NCBI GenBank assembly: GCA_021769965.1
Contig: JAETRU010000012.1
Coordinates: 1,215 to 65,214, forward strand
DNA from: Eubacterium sp.
Lineage (GTDB): Bacteria > Bacillota > Clostridia > Peptostreptococcales > Anaerovoracaceae
Length of the DNA stretch: 64,000 nucleotides
Reading direction: 5' to 3'
The notes below the pieces were generated by a model. It was not told the origin of the DNA. It saw nothing but the letters and a program-made list of their open reading frames with translations, and did not search any database. The first letter of the stretch is position 1. Each line of letters starts with the position of its first letter. Position numbers and translations under genes: made by a program. Of the stretch, positions 1 to 7,703 are shown in pieces.

Positions 1-1
1 T

Positions 2-244
2 TCTTACAGCAGTTATGAGAGAGGCATCGAGATCGAGATCGATACCAGAGAAGACTGCCGCAGGCAGGGGCTGGCGAGAATCTGCGCGGCAGCGCTGATT
101 CTGCAGTGTCTGGACCGGGGGCTGTATCCCAGCTGGGACGCGCATAACGAGGCTTCTTTAGCGCTGGCAAAACAGCTCGGTTATGTGTTTGACCATGCGT
201 ACACGGCTTACGAAGTTGATCTGAGCGGAAGATCTGGAGTATAA
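2..244 (+). CDS. GNAT-family acetyltransferase, 3' part only (5' end outside window)
   Basis: Open frame from base 2 to TAA 242-244: ...GIEIEIDTREDCRRQGLARICAAAL...YPSWDAHNEASLALAKQLGY; acetyl-CoA motif A (RRQGLA) and C-terminal N..S..LA..LG pattern. Confidence 0.8.
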   Translation, partial: SYSSYERGIEIEIDTREDCRRQGLARICAAALILQCLDRGLYPSWDAHNEASLALAKQLGYVFDHAYTAYEVDLSGRSGV

Positions 245-353
245 AACCTGCATCAGGACAAACGTGTCTGGTTAAAATACGGCATTTTTTCATTTTATGT
301 CGTGGAAATAACAGGACTTATGACGCACTCTATGAAGTAAGGAGGAATTTAAT

Positions 354-542
354 TTGAAAGTACAATCAAGAATGTCTTGTCCAGTCCGTAAAAAAGATGG
401 GACTTGGACGACAATAATAAAAGAGTTTGAAGAAGAGATTCCGGATCTAGGACGTGAAGAGCTGATATGTAATAAATGCGCATGGCCAAATTATCCGGAA
501 TGTAAAGAAACATTTTGCAAGGCATGGGTTTACCATGAATAA
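354..542 (+). CDS. small Cys-rich hypothetical protein (62 aa)
   Basis: AGGAGG RBS upstream of TTG start; CNKC...C...C cluster. Confidence 0.6.
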   Translation: MKVQSRMSCPVRKKDGTWTTIIKEFEEEIPDLGREELICNKCAWPNYPECKETFCKAWVYHE

Positions 543-688
543 GAAGTGAAAAAAACTTAGCTCGTAATTCAAGACGATATTTTGAAAATCGGAAAAGAGA
601 TTATGGAAGCGGCAGTCAGCACCACTATGACTTTCAATTAGCAGTTAAAACTATATATTGAATTTAAGTTATATTTATAACAGCTTAT

Positions 689-910
689 ATGAAAAGGGAC
701 AAAATGAAAGAAACAAAAGAAGATCGTCTGGCAGCTTTTGAAGAAATGCTGGTCTTTGTACAGAATGAGTACGAAAAGACAGCCGGCAGGATGGAAACGC
801 TGAAGGCCGAAGGCAGGGAGAAGTCGGCCACCTACAGACAGCTGATGGGCAACAAACTGACGTATCAGAACATCCTGTCCATGTACAGACTTTATGATTT
901 GATATCCTGA
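689..910 (+). CDS. small helical hypothetical protein (73 aa; start may be the second Met)
   Basis: Coding-like composition, amphipathic helix pattern, AAGGGA before the internal ATG. Confidence 0.65.
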   Translation: MKRDKMKETKEDRLAAFEEMLVFVQNEYEKTAGRMETLKAEGREKSATYRQLMGNKLTYQNILSMYRLYDLIS

Positions 911-970
911 TTTGGCAGGATGGAAAATGCGAATATGTACTGATAAGATTAAAAGGAGACGGGCAGTGAT

Positions 971-1297
971 ATTTCGTTACAATTCACAGTTAACATGGCG
1001 TACGCCACTTTTTTCGCTTTTTTGCATTCATACGGCGCCCTCGCTTTGATACGCGCCATATTTTCAGATGATTTTACAGCTACACGGCGCGCAAAGATGA
1101 AGATGTGCTGTTTTTTACTGTTTTTTGTCATCATGCGAAGCGTTCAAGCTGAAAGTATCTGTACAGCAAGGAGTGAAACGCCATATTGATGTGTTATTTA
1201 TCAAAAAAGTGGCGCGTATTCGGTAACAGGCGCCGTATGAAATGTTTTTTCTTCGAAATGTGGCGCGCAGGATGCCTGCTGTGAATCGTAACGATAT
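971..1297. repeat. non-coding palindromic element, copy A: four CGCCRY-N23/24-RYGGCG units, with 19-bp terminal inverted repeats
   Basis: Units 1003-1037, 1054-1089, 1179-1214, 1231-1265; terminal IR 971-989 / 1279-1297 (17/19 match); perfect 13-bp IR 1027-1039 / 1229-1241; colinear homolog at 41112-41380. Confidence 0.8.
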
Positions 1298-1331
1298 TTC
1301 ATCATTTCCCCGGTTTTGCTGTGCCTTTCCA

Positions 1332-1360
1332 TTGACTTCACAGCGGATGTTCTGTAAAAT
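1332..1360 (+). promoter_or_regulatory. sigmaA-type promoter of miaB
   Basis: TTGACT-17 bp-TAAAAT. Confidence 0.7.
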
Positions 1361-1393
1361 AGAAAAGTATCATATGAAGAACGGAGATTGCAA

Positions 1394-2707
1394 ATGACTA
1401 AAACATTTCATATAACGACTTTCGGCTGCCAGATGAATGAGCACGACTCTGAAATTATGGCAGGCATGCTTTTAGAAAAGGGCTTTACGCCGGTGAAGGA
1501 ACGAAAGGATGCTGACGTTGCGATTATCAATACCTGCAGTGTCAGGGAAAACGCGGACAAACGCTTTTTCGGCACCCTCGGTCAGCTGAAGCACCGCAAA
1601 AAAGAAAACCCTGACTTTATCGTCTGTGTCTGCGGCTGTATGATGCAGCAGCAGCATGTTATCGATACGATCAAGACCAAGTATCCGTGGGTGGATATCA
1701 TTTTCGGAACCCACAATATTCATCAGTTCCCGCAGCTGATCGAAAACGCTTTGAACGAGAAGAAGAAACAGATCGAGATCTGGCCCGACGGCGGTGAGAT
1801 CGTAGAAGGTCTGCCTGCCAAGCGGCTTCACCAGAGCAAAGCTCTTGTCAATATCATGTTCGGCTGCAATAATTTCTGCACCTACTGTATCGTGCCATAT
1901 ACCCGGGGCAGGGAGCGGAGCAGAAAGCCGGCGGAAATTGTTCGTGAGGTTCGCAATCTGGTCTCTGACGGTGTAAAGGAGATCATGCTTTTGGGTCAGA
2001 ATGTAAACTCCTATAAAGGAGAGGGCGGCACGGATTTCGCCGATCTGATCTACCAGCTCAACGAAGTAGAAGGGCTTGAGCGAATCCGTTTTATGACTTC
2101 CCATCCGAAAGATTTGTCGGATAAACTGATTCAGGCATTTGTAGACTGCGATAAACTCTGTAAAAATATTCATCTGCCGGTACAGTCAGGCAGCAGCAGG
2201 ATCCTCAAAGCGATGAACCGCCATTATGACAAAGAGCAGTATCTGAATTTAGTAGAAAAGCTGAAAAATGCTGTGCCGGGCATTACCATGTCCACGGATA
2301 TTATCGTAGGATTTCCGGGAGAAACAGAGGAAGATTTTGAGCAAACCCTGGATCTGATCAGCAGAGTCCGCTATGATTCTGCCTTTACCTTCCTGTATTC
2401 TATCAGAAAAGGTACGCCGGCAGAAAAATACGAAGATCAGATACCGGAAGAGATCAAACATGAACGCTTCAACCGTCTGGTGGATCTGGTGAATTCCATC
2501 AGTGCCGAAAAGAACGCCGCGTATGTGGGTACCGTACAGAAAGTGCTGGTGGAAGGTCCTGCGAAAAGCGGCAGCAAAACTTTTGCGGGCAGAACTGACG
2601 GTTTTAAGCTGGTAAATTTCCGCGGTGAGCCGCAGCTGACCGGTAAGCTGGTCGATGTAAAGATCACAAAGAGCAATACGTTCAGTCTGGAAGGAGAGGT
2701 TCTATGA
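1394..2707 (+). CDS. miaB: tRNA-2-methylthio-N6-dimethylallyladenosine synthase
   Basis: N-terminal TFGCQMN and NTCSVRE motifs, radical SAM CNNFCTYC, DIIVGFPGET, C-terminal TRAM domain. Confidence 0.95.
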   Translation: MTKTFHITTFGCQMNEHDSEIMAGMLLEKGFTPVKERKDADVAIINTCSVRENADKRFFGTLGQLKHRKKENPDFIVCVCGCMMQQQHVIDTIKTKYPWVDIIFGTHNIHQFPQLIENALNEKKKQIEIWPDGGEIVEGLPAKRLHQSKALVNIMFGCNNFCTYCIVPYTRGRERSRKPAEIVREVRNLVSDGVKEIMLLGQNVNSYKGEGGTDFADLIYQLNEVEGLERIRFMTSHPKDLSDKLIQAFVDCDKLCKNIHLPVQSGSSRILKAMNRHYDKEQYLNLVEKLKNAVPGITMSTDIIVGFPGETEEDFEQTLDLISRVRYDSAFTFLYSIRKGTPAEKYEDQIPEEIKHERFNRLVDLVNSISAEKNAAYVGTVQKVLVEGPAKSGSKTFAGRTDGFKLVNFRGEPQLTGKLVDVKITKSNTFSLEGEVL

Positions 2708-3306
2708 ACCCGAAATTAAGAGGCCTTTCTGCTGTTATTTCGGACTTTGTACCGGGCTGTGAGCAGGAAGAAAGAGACCGGAAGATCATGCTGAAGTTCC
2801 TAAAGGACAACGATAATTGTCTGGAGCGGGCGAATTTAACGGCGCATTTTACAGCCTCCTCGTGGATCGTAAACGAGGCAGGCGATGGCATGGGTGACGA
2901 TAAAGTACTTATGGTCTATCACAACCTGTATAACTCCTGGTCGTGGACAGGCGGTCACGCTGACGGCGAAGCAGACCTTCTTTCCGTTGCGATCCGTGAA
3001 GCGCAGGAAGAAACCGGGGTACAGGATTTCAAAGTACTTCGGCGCGAGCCGGTTTCTCTCGAAATCATTACCGTGGACGGTCATATGAAGCGCGGCATTT
3101 ACGTGCCGTCACATCTGCATTTAAACCTGACGTATCTGCTGCAGGCTGACGAGACACAGAAGCTGTCTGTAAAGCCTGACGAAAACAGCGGAGTCGCATG
3201 GATTCCTGCCGGAGAACTTGCTGAACGTGTCAGTGAGCCGTGGATGATGAGATGGGTCTATGAGAAGCTGATGGCGAGAGTGAAGAAAGTTTTAACTGAG
3301 GATTGA
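2704..3306 (+). CDS. NUDIX hydrolase
   Basis: Nudix box GGHADGEADLLSVAIREAQEETG; ATGA overlap with miaB stop. Confidence 0.9.
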   Translation: MNPKLRGLSAVISDFVPGCEQEERDRKIMLKFLKDNDNCLERANLTAHFTASSWIVNEAGDGMGDDKVLMVYHNLYNSWSWTGGHADGEADLLSVAIREAQEETGVQDFKVLRREPVSLEIITVDGHMKRGIYVPSHLHLNLTYLLQADETQKLSVKPDENSGVAWIPAGELAERVSEPWMMRWVYEKLMARVKKVLTED

Positions 3307-3444
3307 CGAACTCATATATAAGTGTACATATAATCGAAAAAATTCCTGAATATATGCACGTGTAATCACAAGGTCGTGCATATTTTAGGAGTTTTTTTGT
3401 TATATATGCATTTTGACATGATAAAAAATGAAGGGAGAGTGAAG

Positions 3445-4290
3445 ATGGAAGAGAGAATTCTGACTGTTGATTTGATTGAGGCATTTTGTACCTACTTGTA
3501 TCAGGAGGAGAAAAGCGAAGCAACCATTGAAAAATACCGTCGCGATGTAAAAAAATTTGCGGATTATTTAAACGGTGAAGCCGCAGTAAAGGAAAGGCTG
3601 ATTGCATACAAACAGTATTTAATTACGGAGGGCTATGCACTCAGCAGCGTCAATTCTATGCTGGTTGCAGTTAACAGCTTTTTTTCGTACGCAGGTTGGG
3701 AAGATTTGAGAATCAAACTGGTAAAAGTCCAAAAACAGATTTTTTGTGCAGAAGAAAAGGAACTGACGAGGTCGGAGTACTTACGCCTGGTAGATTGTGC
3801 GCGCAGGAGTGGAAAGGAAAGACTGGCGATGATCTTGTGGACTATGGGAACTACAGGAATCCGTATCAGTGAACTGAAGTTCATTACAGTAGAGTCAGTA
3901 AAACAAGGGAAACTGCAGGTGTGCAGCAAGTCAAAGAATCGAACTGTGTTTCTGGTAAAAAGGTTACGAAAAAAACTGCTTGCATACATAAAAAAGAAGA
4001 AAATTATATCTGGAAATATTTTTCTAACTCGCAGCGGGAGACCAGTCAATCGGACTAATATTTGGAAAGAGATGAAAACACTTTGTAAAGCAGCTGAGGT
4101 TTCAGAGAAAAAGGTTTTTCCGCATAACCTCCGGCACCTCTTCGCAAGAGTGTTTTATCAAGTGGAAAAGGATATCGCAAAATTGGCAGATATTCTGGGA
4201 CATAGCAGTATCAATACGACTCGGATTTATATGGCTTCATCGGGCTGTGAGCATCTGCGCTGCATGGAGAAAATGAAGATGTTGATGTGA
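3445..4290 (+). CDS. tyrosine recombinase (Xer/phage-integrase family), 281 aa
   Basis: Catalytic motifs GIRISEL, FPHNLRHLFA, LGHSSINTTRIY; ATG 3445 with GGGAGAG upstream. Confidence 0.93.
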   Translation: MEERILTVDLIEAFCTYLYQEEKSEATIEKYRRDVKKFADYLNGEAAVKERLIAYKQYLITEGYALSSVNSMLVAVNSFFSYAGWEDLRIKLVKVQKQIFCAEEKELTRSEYLRLVDCARRSGKERLAMILWTMGTTGIRISELKFITVESVKQGKLQVCSKSKNRTVFLVKRLRKKLLAYIKKKKIISGNIFLTRSGRPVNRTNIWKEMKTLCKAAEVSEKKVFPHNLRHLFARVFYQVEKDIAKLADILGHSSINTTRIYMASSGCEHLRCMEKMKMLM

Positions 4291-4299
4291 TAGATCAGA

Positions 4300-4327
4300 A
4301 TGCAACATAATTATGATTATGTTACAA
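4300..4327 (+). repeat. dif-like recombination site, left (IRL)
   Basis: ATGCAACATAA-TTATGA-TTATGTTACAA (11-6-11); right arm resembles the XerD arm TTATGTTAAAT; core 4306-4324 is the exact reverse complement of 4544-4562. Confidence 0.85.
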
Positions 4328-4351
4328 ATGTGTATAGCAACACATAAAAAG

Positions 4352-4380
4352 ATTATACTTTGAAATAGTGCAAAAATCAA
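4352..4380 (-). promoter_or_regulatory. sigmaA-type promoter inside the invertible segment, pointing away from the downstream operon
   Basis: Minus strand TTGATT (4380-4375)-17 bp-TATAAT (4357-4352); small IR ATGTGT-N6-ACACAT at 4328-4345 just downstream. Confidence 0.75.
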
Positions 4381-4540
4381 CATTTTCTGATAATATTTGT
4401 GACATTGATAGTTTTTTCTAATTTTGTCCATGACAAATAAGCTGTTTCGACTATTGCGGCATTAAATAACGAAAGAGCTTGTTTTGTTGTATCTGTAATT
4501 CTGTTTTGCAGTAATGGTTTTAGCTGAAAAAGAGTGCTAA

Positions 4541-4568
4541 TTATAACATAATCATAATTATGCTGTAA
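4541..4568 (-). repeat. dif-like recombination site, right (IRR), inverted relative to IRL
   Basis: Minus strand TTACAGCATAA-TTATGA-TTATGTTATAA; same 6-bp spacer as IRL. Confidence 0.85.
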
Positions 4569-4589
4569 TTGTTTTTTGAGGAGGATGAA

Positions 4590-5774
4590 ATGGCAAAGAT
4601 TGCAGATGTAATCAAGTATGAAGGAGATAACAGCACCTTTATATGGAAACATCCCAGTGAGGATTTTAACAGTTTGACACAACTGATTGTCCACGAAAGC
4701 CAGGAGGCTGTTTTCTTTATGAATGGACAGGCACTGGATTTATTCGGACCGGGCAGATATACATTGGAAACCCAGAATATTCCTAAGATCGGAAAACTCT
4801 TGAATCGCTCGACAGGAGATACAACGCCTTTTCACTGCGAGGTTTACTTTATTAATAAAACTGAACAGATGGCAATTAAGTGGGGTACTGACAGCAAAGT
4901 ACAGTACATAGAACCGACCTATGGATTTCCAATTTCTATCGGTGCTTCGGGCGAAATGAGTCTGCGGGTAGAGGATAGCAGAAAGCTTTTAATCAAGGTA
5001 GTAGGTACGGAGAGCTCTCTTGGTCAGCAGAATCTTACGACTTTCTTCCGTGGGTTTCTGATGGCTCGTGTAAAGACATATATCGCGCAGGTGATGAAGT
5101 CCAATGCGATTAATATCTTTGAAATTGACGAAAATCTGACTGTCTTTTCGGAAAACGTTCGGAATCTTTTAATAAATGATTTTGCTGATTACGGCGTCAG
5201 CCTGGAACGCTTTTTTGTAACCAACATTGTAAAGCCTGACGGTGAGCGACAGTTCGAAAAGTTCAAAGAACTGTATTTTCGCCAGTATGCTGATATTGCG
5301 GAGGCAAAGCTCCGTCAGCAGGTTGGAATCATCGACCAGCAGACCGAGGCACAGAAGATGGTGATTGAATCTCAGGCAATTGCGCAGAAACGAATGCAGG
5401 AAGGCTATACCTATCAGCAGGAAAGAGGTTTTGATGTTGCGCAGGACGCAGCTAAAAATGAGGCAGTAGGACAGTTTACCAATATGGGTATTGGACTTGG
5501 TGTCATGGGCGGCGTTGGCAGCAGTGTGGGCACTATGGTTGGCGGCGCAGTAAGCGGCGCTTTTGACGGAATGCAGGGTGTCGCAGCTGTACAGTCTGTA
5601 GGAAATACAGACACTTTTTGTGAAAACTGTGGTGCAAAGCTTGCTGCTGGTGCAGCATTTTGCGAGGAGTGCGGTATTGCCGTGCCTGTGGATACTTCAA
5701 AGTGTGTCGGCTGCGGGTTTGTCTTTGAACGTCCGGGTAAGTTCTGTCCAAAATGCGGTATGAAGAGAGGGTAG
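4590..5774 (+). CDS. SPFH/band-7 ('virion core protein'-type) protein with C-terminal double zinc ribbon, 394 aa
   Basis: LIVHESQEAVFF..GQALDLFGPGRYTL N-terminus, coiled middle, Gly-rich linker, CENC/CEEC/CVGC/CPKC; GAGGAGG RBS. Confidence 0.85.
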   Translation: MAKIADVIKYEGDNSTFIWKHPSEDFNSLTQLIVHESQEAVFFMNGQALDLFGPGRYTLETQNIPKIGKLLNRSTGDTTPFHCEVYFINKTEQMAIKWGTDSKVQYIEPTYGFPISIGASGEMSLRVEDSRKLLIKVVGTESSLGQQNLTTFFRGFLMARVKTYIAQVMKSNAINIFEIDENLTVFSENVRNLLINDFADYGVSLERFFVTNIVKPDGERQFEKFKELYFRQYADIAEAKLRQQVGIIDQQTEAQKMVIESQAIAQKRMQEGYTYQQERGFDVAQDAAKNEAVGQFTNMGIGLGVMGGVGSSVGTMVGGAVSGAFDGMQGVAAVQSVGNTDTFCENCGAKLAAGAAFCEECGIAVPVDTSKCVGCGFVFERPGKFCPKCGMKRG

Positions 5775-5778
5775 AAGG

Positions 5779-6486
5779 ATGAGTAAAAGATTTAAAATGT
5801 ACGCCTCCGTATGGGCGATTATGTTTATTGTATTTCAGATTATCTGTTTCGTAACGCCGACTGAGGCCGCAGGAATGAATAAATTCGGCGGCGCGTTTTG
5901 GGCAGGATATGTGTTTATCGATCTGGCTTTTGTCGGACAGCTGGTCTGCGCTTATATTGCACTGAAAGCAGAAAATATGCGGAAGCTGTTTTATAACCTG
6001 TCTCTGATTAATATCAGCTATACGGGACTTGTGCTTATGTTGATATGCGGTGCTGGAGTGATGATCGTGCCAGATATTCCAAACTGGGTTGGAATCATTC
6101 TATGTCTTCTAATTTTGGCCTTTACTGCAACATCCGTGATTGCGGCCAAAGCGACTGTGGATATTGTCGACCGCATGGACGATAAGTTAAAGGTTCAGAC
6201 CTTTTATATGAAAAATCTGCAGACAGAGGCGGAAACCTTGATGTCGCAGGCAAAATCGCCAGAAAGTAAAGCTGTTTGTAAAAAAGTCTACGAAGAAATT
6301 CGCTACGCTGATCCGATGAGCCACGAAGCTCTGACCACCTTAGAAGCACAGATTACTATTAAATTTGCAGAATTAAAAGAAGCCGTTGCCAGTGAAGATG
6401 ATTCGGCTGAGACTGTACAGCAATTGGCAAAAGAGGTAATTGTGCTGGTGCAGGAGAGAGGAAAGAAAGTAAAGCTGGTGAAGTAG
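5779..6486 (+). CDS. membrane protein, about 4 TM helices plus soluble helical C-terminus
   Basis: Four hydrophobic stretches in the N-terminal half; 4 bp after SPFH stop. Confidence 0.85.
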   Translation: MSKRFKMYASVWAIMFIVFQIICFVTPTEAAGMNKFGGAFWAGYVFIDLAFVGQLVCAYIALKAENMRKLFYNLSLINISYTGLVLMLICGAGVMIVPDIPNWVGIILCLLILAFTATSVIAAKATVDIVDRMDDKLKVQTFYMKNLQTEAETLMSQAKSPESKAVCKKVYEEIRYADPMSHEALTTLEAQITIKFAELKEAVASEDDSAETVQQLAKEVIVLVQERGKKVKLVK

Positions 6487-6487
6487 G

Positions 6488-7696
6488 ATGGGGAAAAGAG
6501 TATCTTTTTTATTTGGTTCAGGTGCGGATACTGCTGCATGCAAGAAGTTGAAATCAGGTGACTCTTTTGCTGAAGCGTTGCTATTGGGGAAATATAGAAA
6601 AGAAAGAAAAGAATTATTAGGTGAGGACTTTGCAGAATATCAACTTATATATCCACAGAGTAGCAAGGTCTTTATTCAAAGTATTGTTGAAAATAAAGAA
6701 GAAGCGCAAAAAATTTTCCCTGAAAAATTTGATATTTGTTATAATTATGCAACCCAAAAAGAGGAAATAGATTATAGTGGTGTGATAAGACCAATGTGCA
6801 AAGACTTTTATGATATTATCCATAGTGAAGAACAAGAAGAGACGAAAGACATCAGGAACTTCTTTTTGAAAAAAGCCGTTTTCTTTGATTCGCTAGATGA
6901 AAAATTCAACTCATTAAGGGATATTGAATTTAATAAAAATGGAAAAAGAGTTATTAATGCGTATGTTACTATTTTTATTCTCATGTTCAAAAGCCTTTAT
7001 GATATACCTGAAGAGTTTCAATGGACATATGAAAACATATTCAACGTATTGAAGAAAGACTACGATATTTTGTCCGATATAACAAATGAGAATTATTATA
7101 GTATTGTAAAGAACAGTGGAATTTCGTGTAAAATTATCACAACAAACTATACTGAATTATCGGAGAAGCTAACAGAAAAACCAGTAACATACTTGCATGG
7201 AAAACTGAATTGGTTTGAGGATTTAAAGAATTTAACTGTTTATGATTGTACGAATAAAGAGGAACTGAATAAGATGAAACCTCTTATTAAATCTTGCTGT
7301 TTAATACCGTTTATATTAATACCTAGCGGAATCAAGCCAATCATATGCAAAAGACAAATCAAAGAATTTTATAAAATGATTGAGAAATTGGATAATAGCA
7401 ATATTCTATGTGTCGTTGGATACCGATTTAATAGTGAGGATAATCACATAAATTCAATTATTGCTGAGTGGATTAGAGAACCTAATCATCAGCTATTTTA
7501 TTTCAATTTTAATGAAGATGTAAGTTTTTCAAGATTAAGATGGGCGGACTTGTTTTCGATAAAAGATATAGAATATCGTGACAATTATGAGATAAATTTT
7601 ATAAAAATCGAAGAAAAAATTGTAAATATCATTGTAAATGAGAGCAATAGTATAAAGGCATTTTCTACATTTATGAATCAACTTGAAAGGAGTTAA
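6488..7696 (+). CDS. SIR2-like (SIR2_2-type) protein, putative NADase, 402 aa
   Basis: FLFGSGAD, IITTNYT, YLHGKL, ILIPS, VVGYRFNSEDNHIN motifs in sirtuin order; very AT-rich. Confidence 0.75.
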   Translation: MGKRVSFLFGSGADTAACKKLKSGDSFAEALLLGKYRKERKELLGEDFAEYQLIYPQSSKVFIQSIVENKEEAQKIFPEKFDICYNYATQKEEIDYSGVIRPMCKDFYDIIHSEEQEETKDIRNFFLKKAVFFDSLDEKFNSLRDIEFNKNGKRVINAYVTIFILMFKSLYDIPEEFQWTYENIFNVLKKDYDILSDITNENYYSIVKNSGISCKIITTNYTELSEKLTEKPVTYLHGKLNWFEDLKNLTVYDCTNKEELNKMKPLIKSCCLIPFILIPSGIKPIICKRQIKEFYKMIEKLDNSNILCVVGYRFNSEDNHINSIIAEWIREPNHQLFYFNFNEDVSFSRLRWADLFSIKDIEYRDNYEINFIKIEEKIVNIIVNESNSIKAFSTFMNQLERS

Positions 7697-7703
7697 TCTA
7701 ATA

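Noticed and set aside
949-1189. ORFs 949-1134 (-) and 995-1189 (+), and 40953-41327 / 41183-41611 over the repeat copies
   Set aside because: No convincing RBS; reading frames are not preserved between the two copies (stops appear), so non-coding is more likely
971-1297. Palindromic element as a CRISPR array
   Set aside because: Units are degenerate, unevenly spaced and symmetric rather than identical direct repeats with unique spacers; no cas genes in the window
1472-2173. Long antisense ORFs (also 35690-36652, 38376-39503, 41955-42986, 53182-54081, 61499-62632 and similar)
   Set aside because: Shadow frames opposite well-supported genes, with no motifs or RBS
4300-4327. dif-like site as the chromosomal dif
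   Set aside because: It has an inverted partner about 240 bp away beside a dedicated recombinase in an accessory island; chromosomal dif is a single site
4532-4540. GAGTGCTAA half-CIRCE inside the invertible segment
   Set aside because: No TTAGCACTC arm 9 bp upstream; a half site alone is not an HrcA operator
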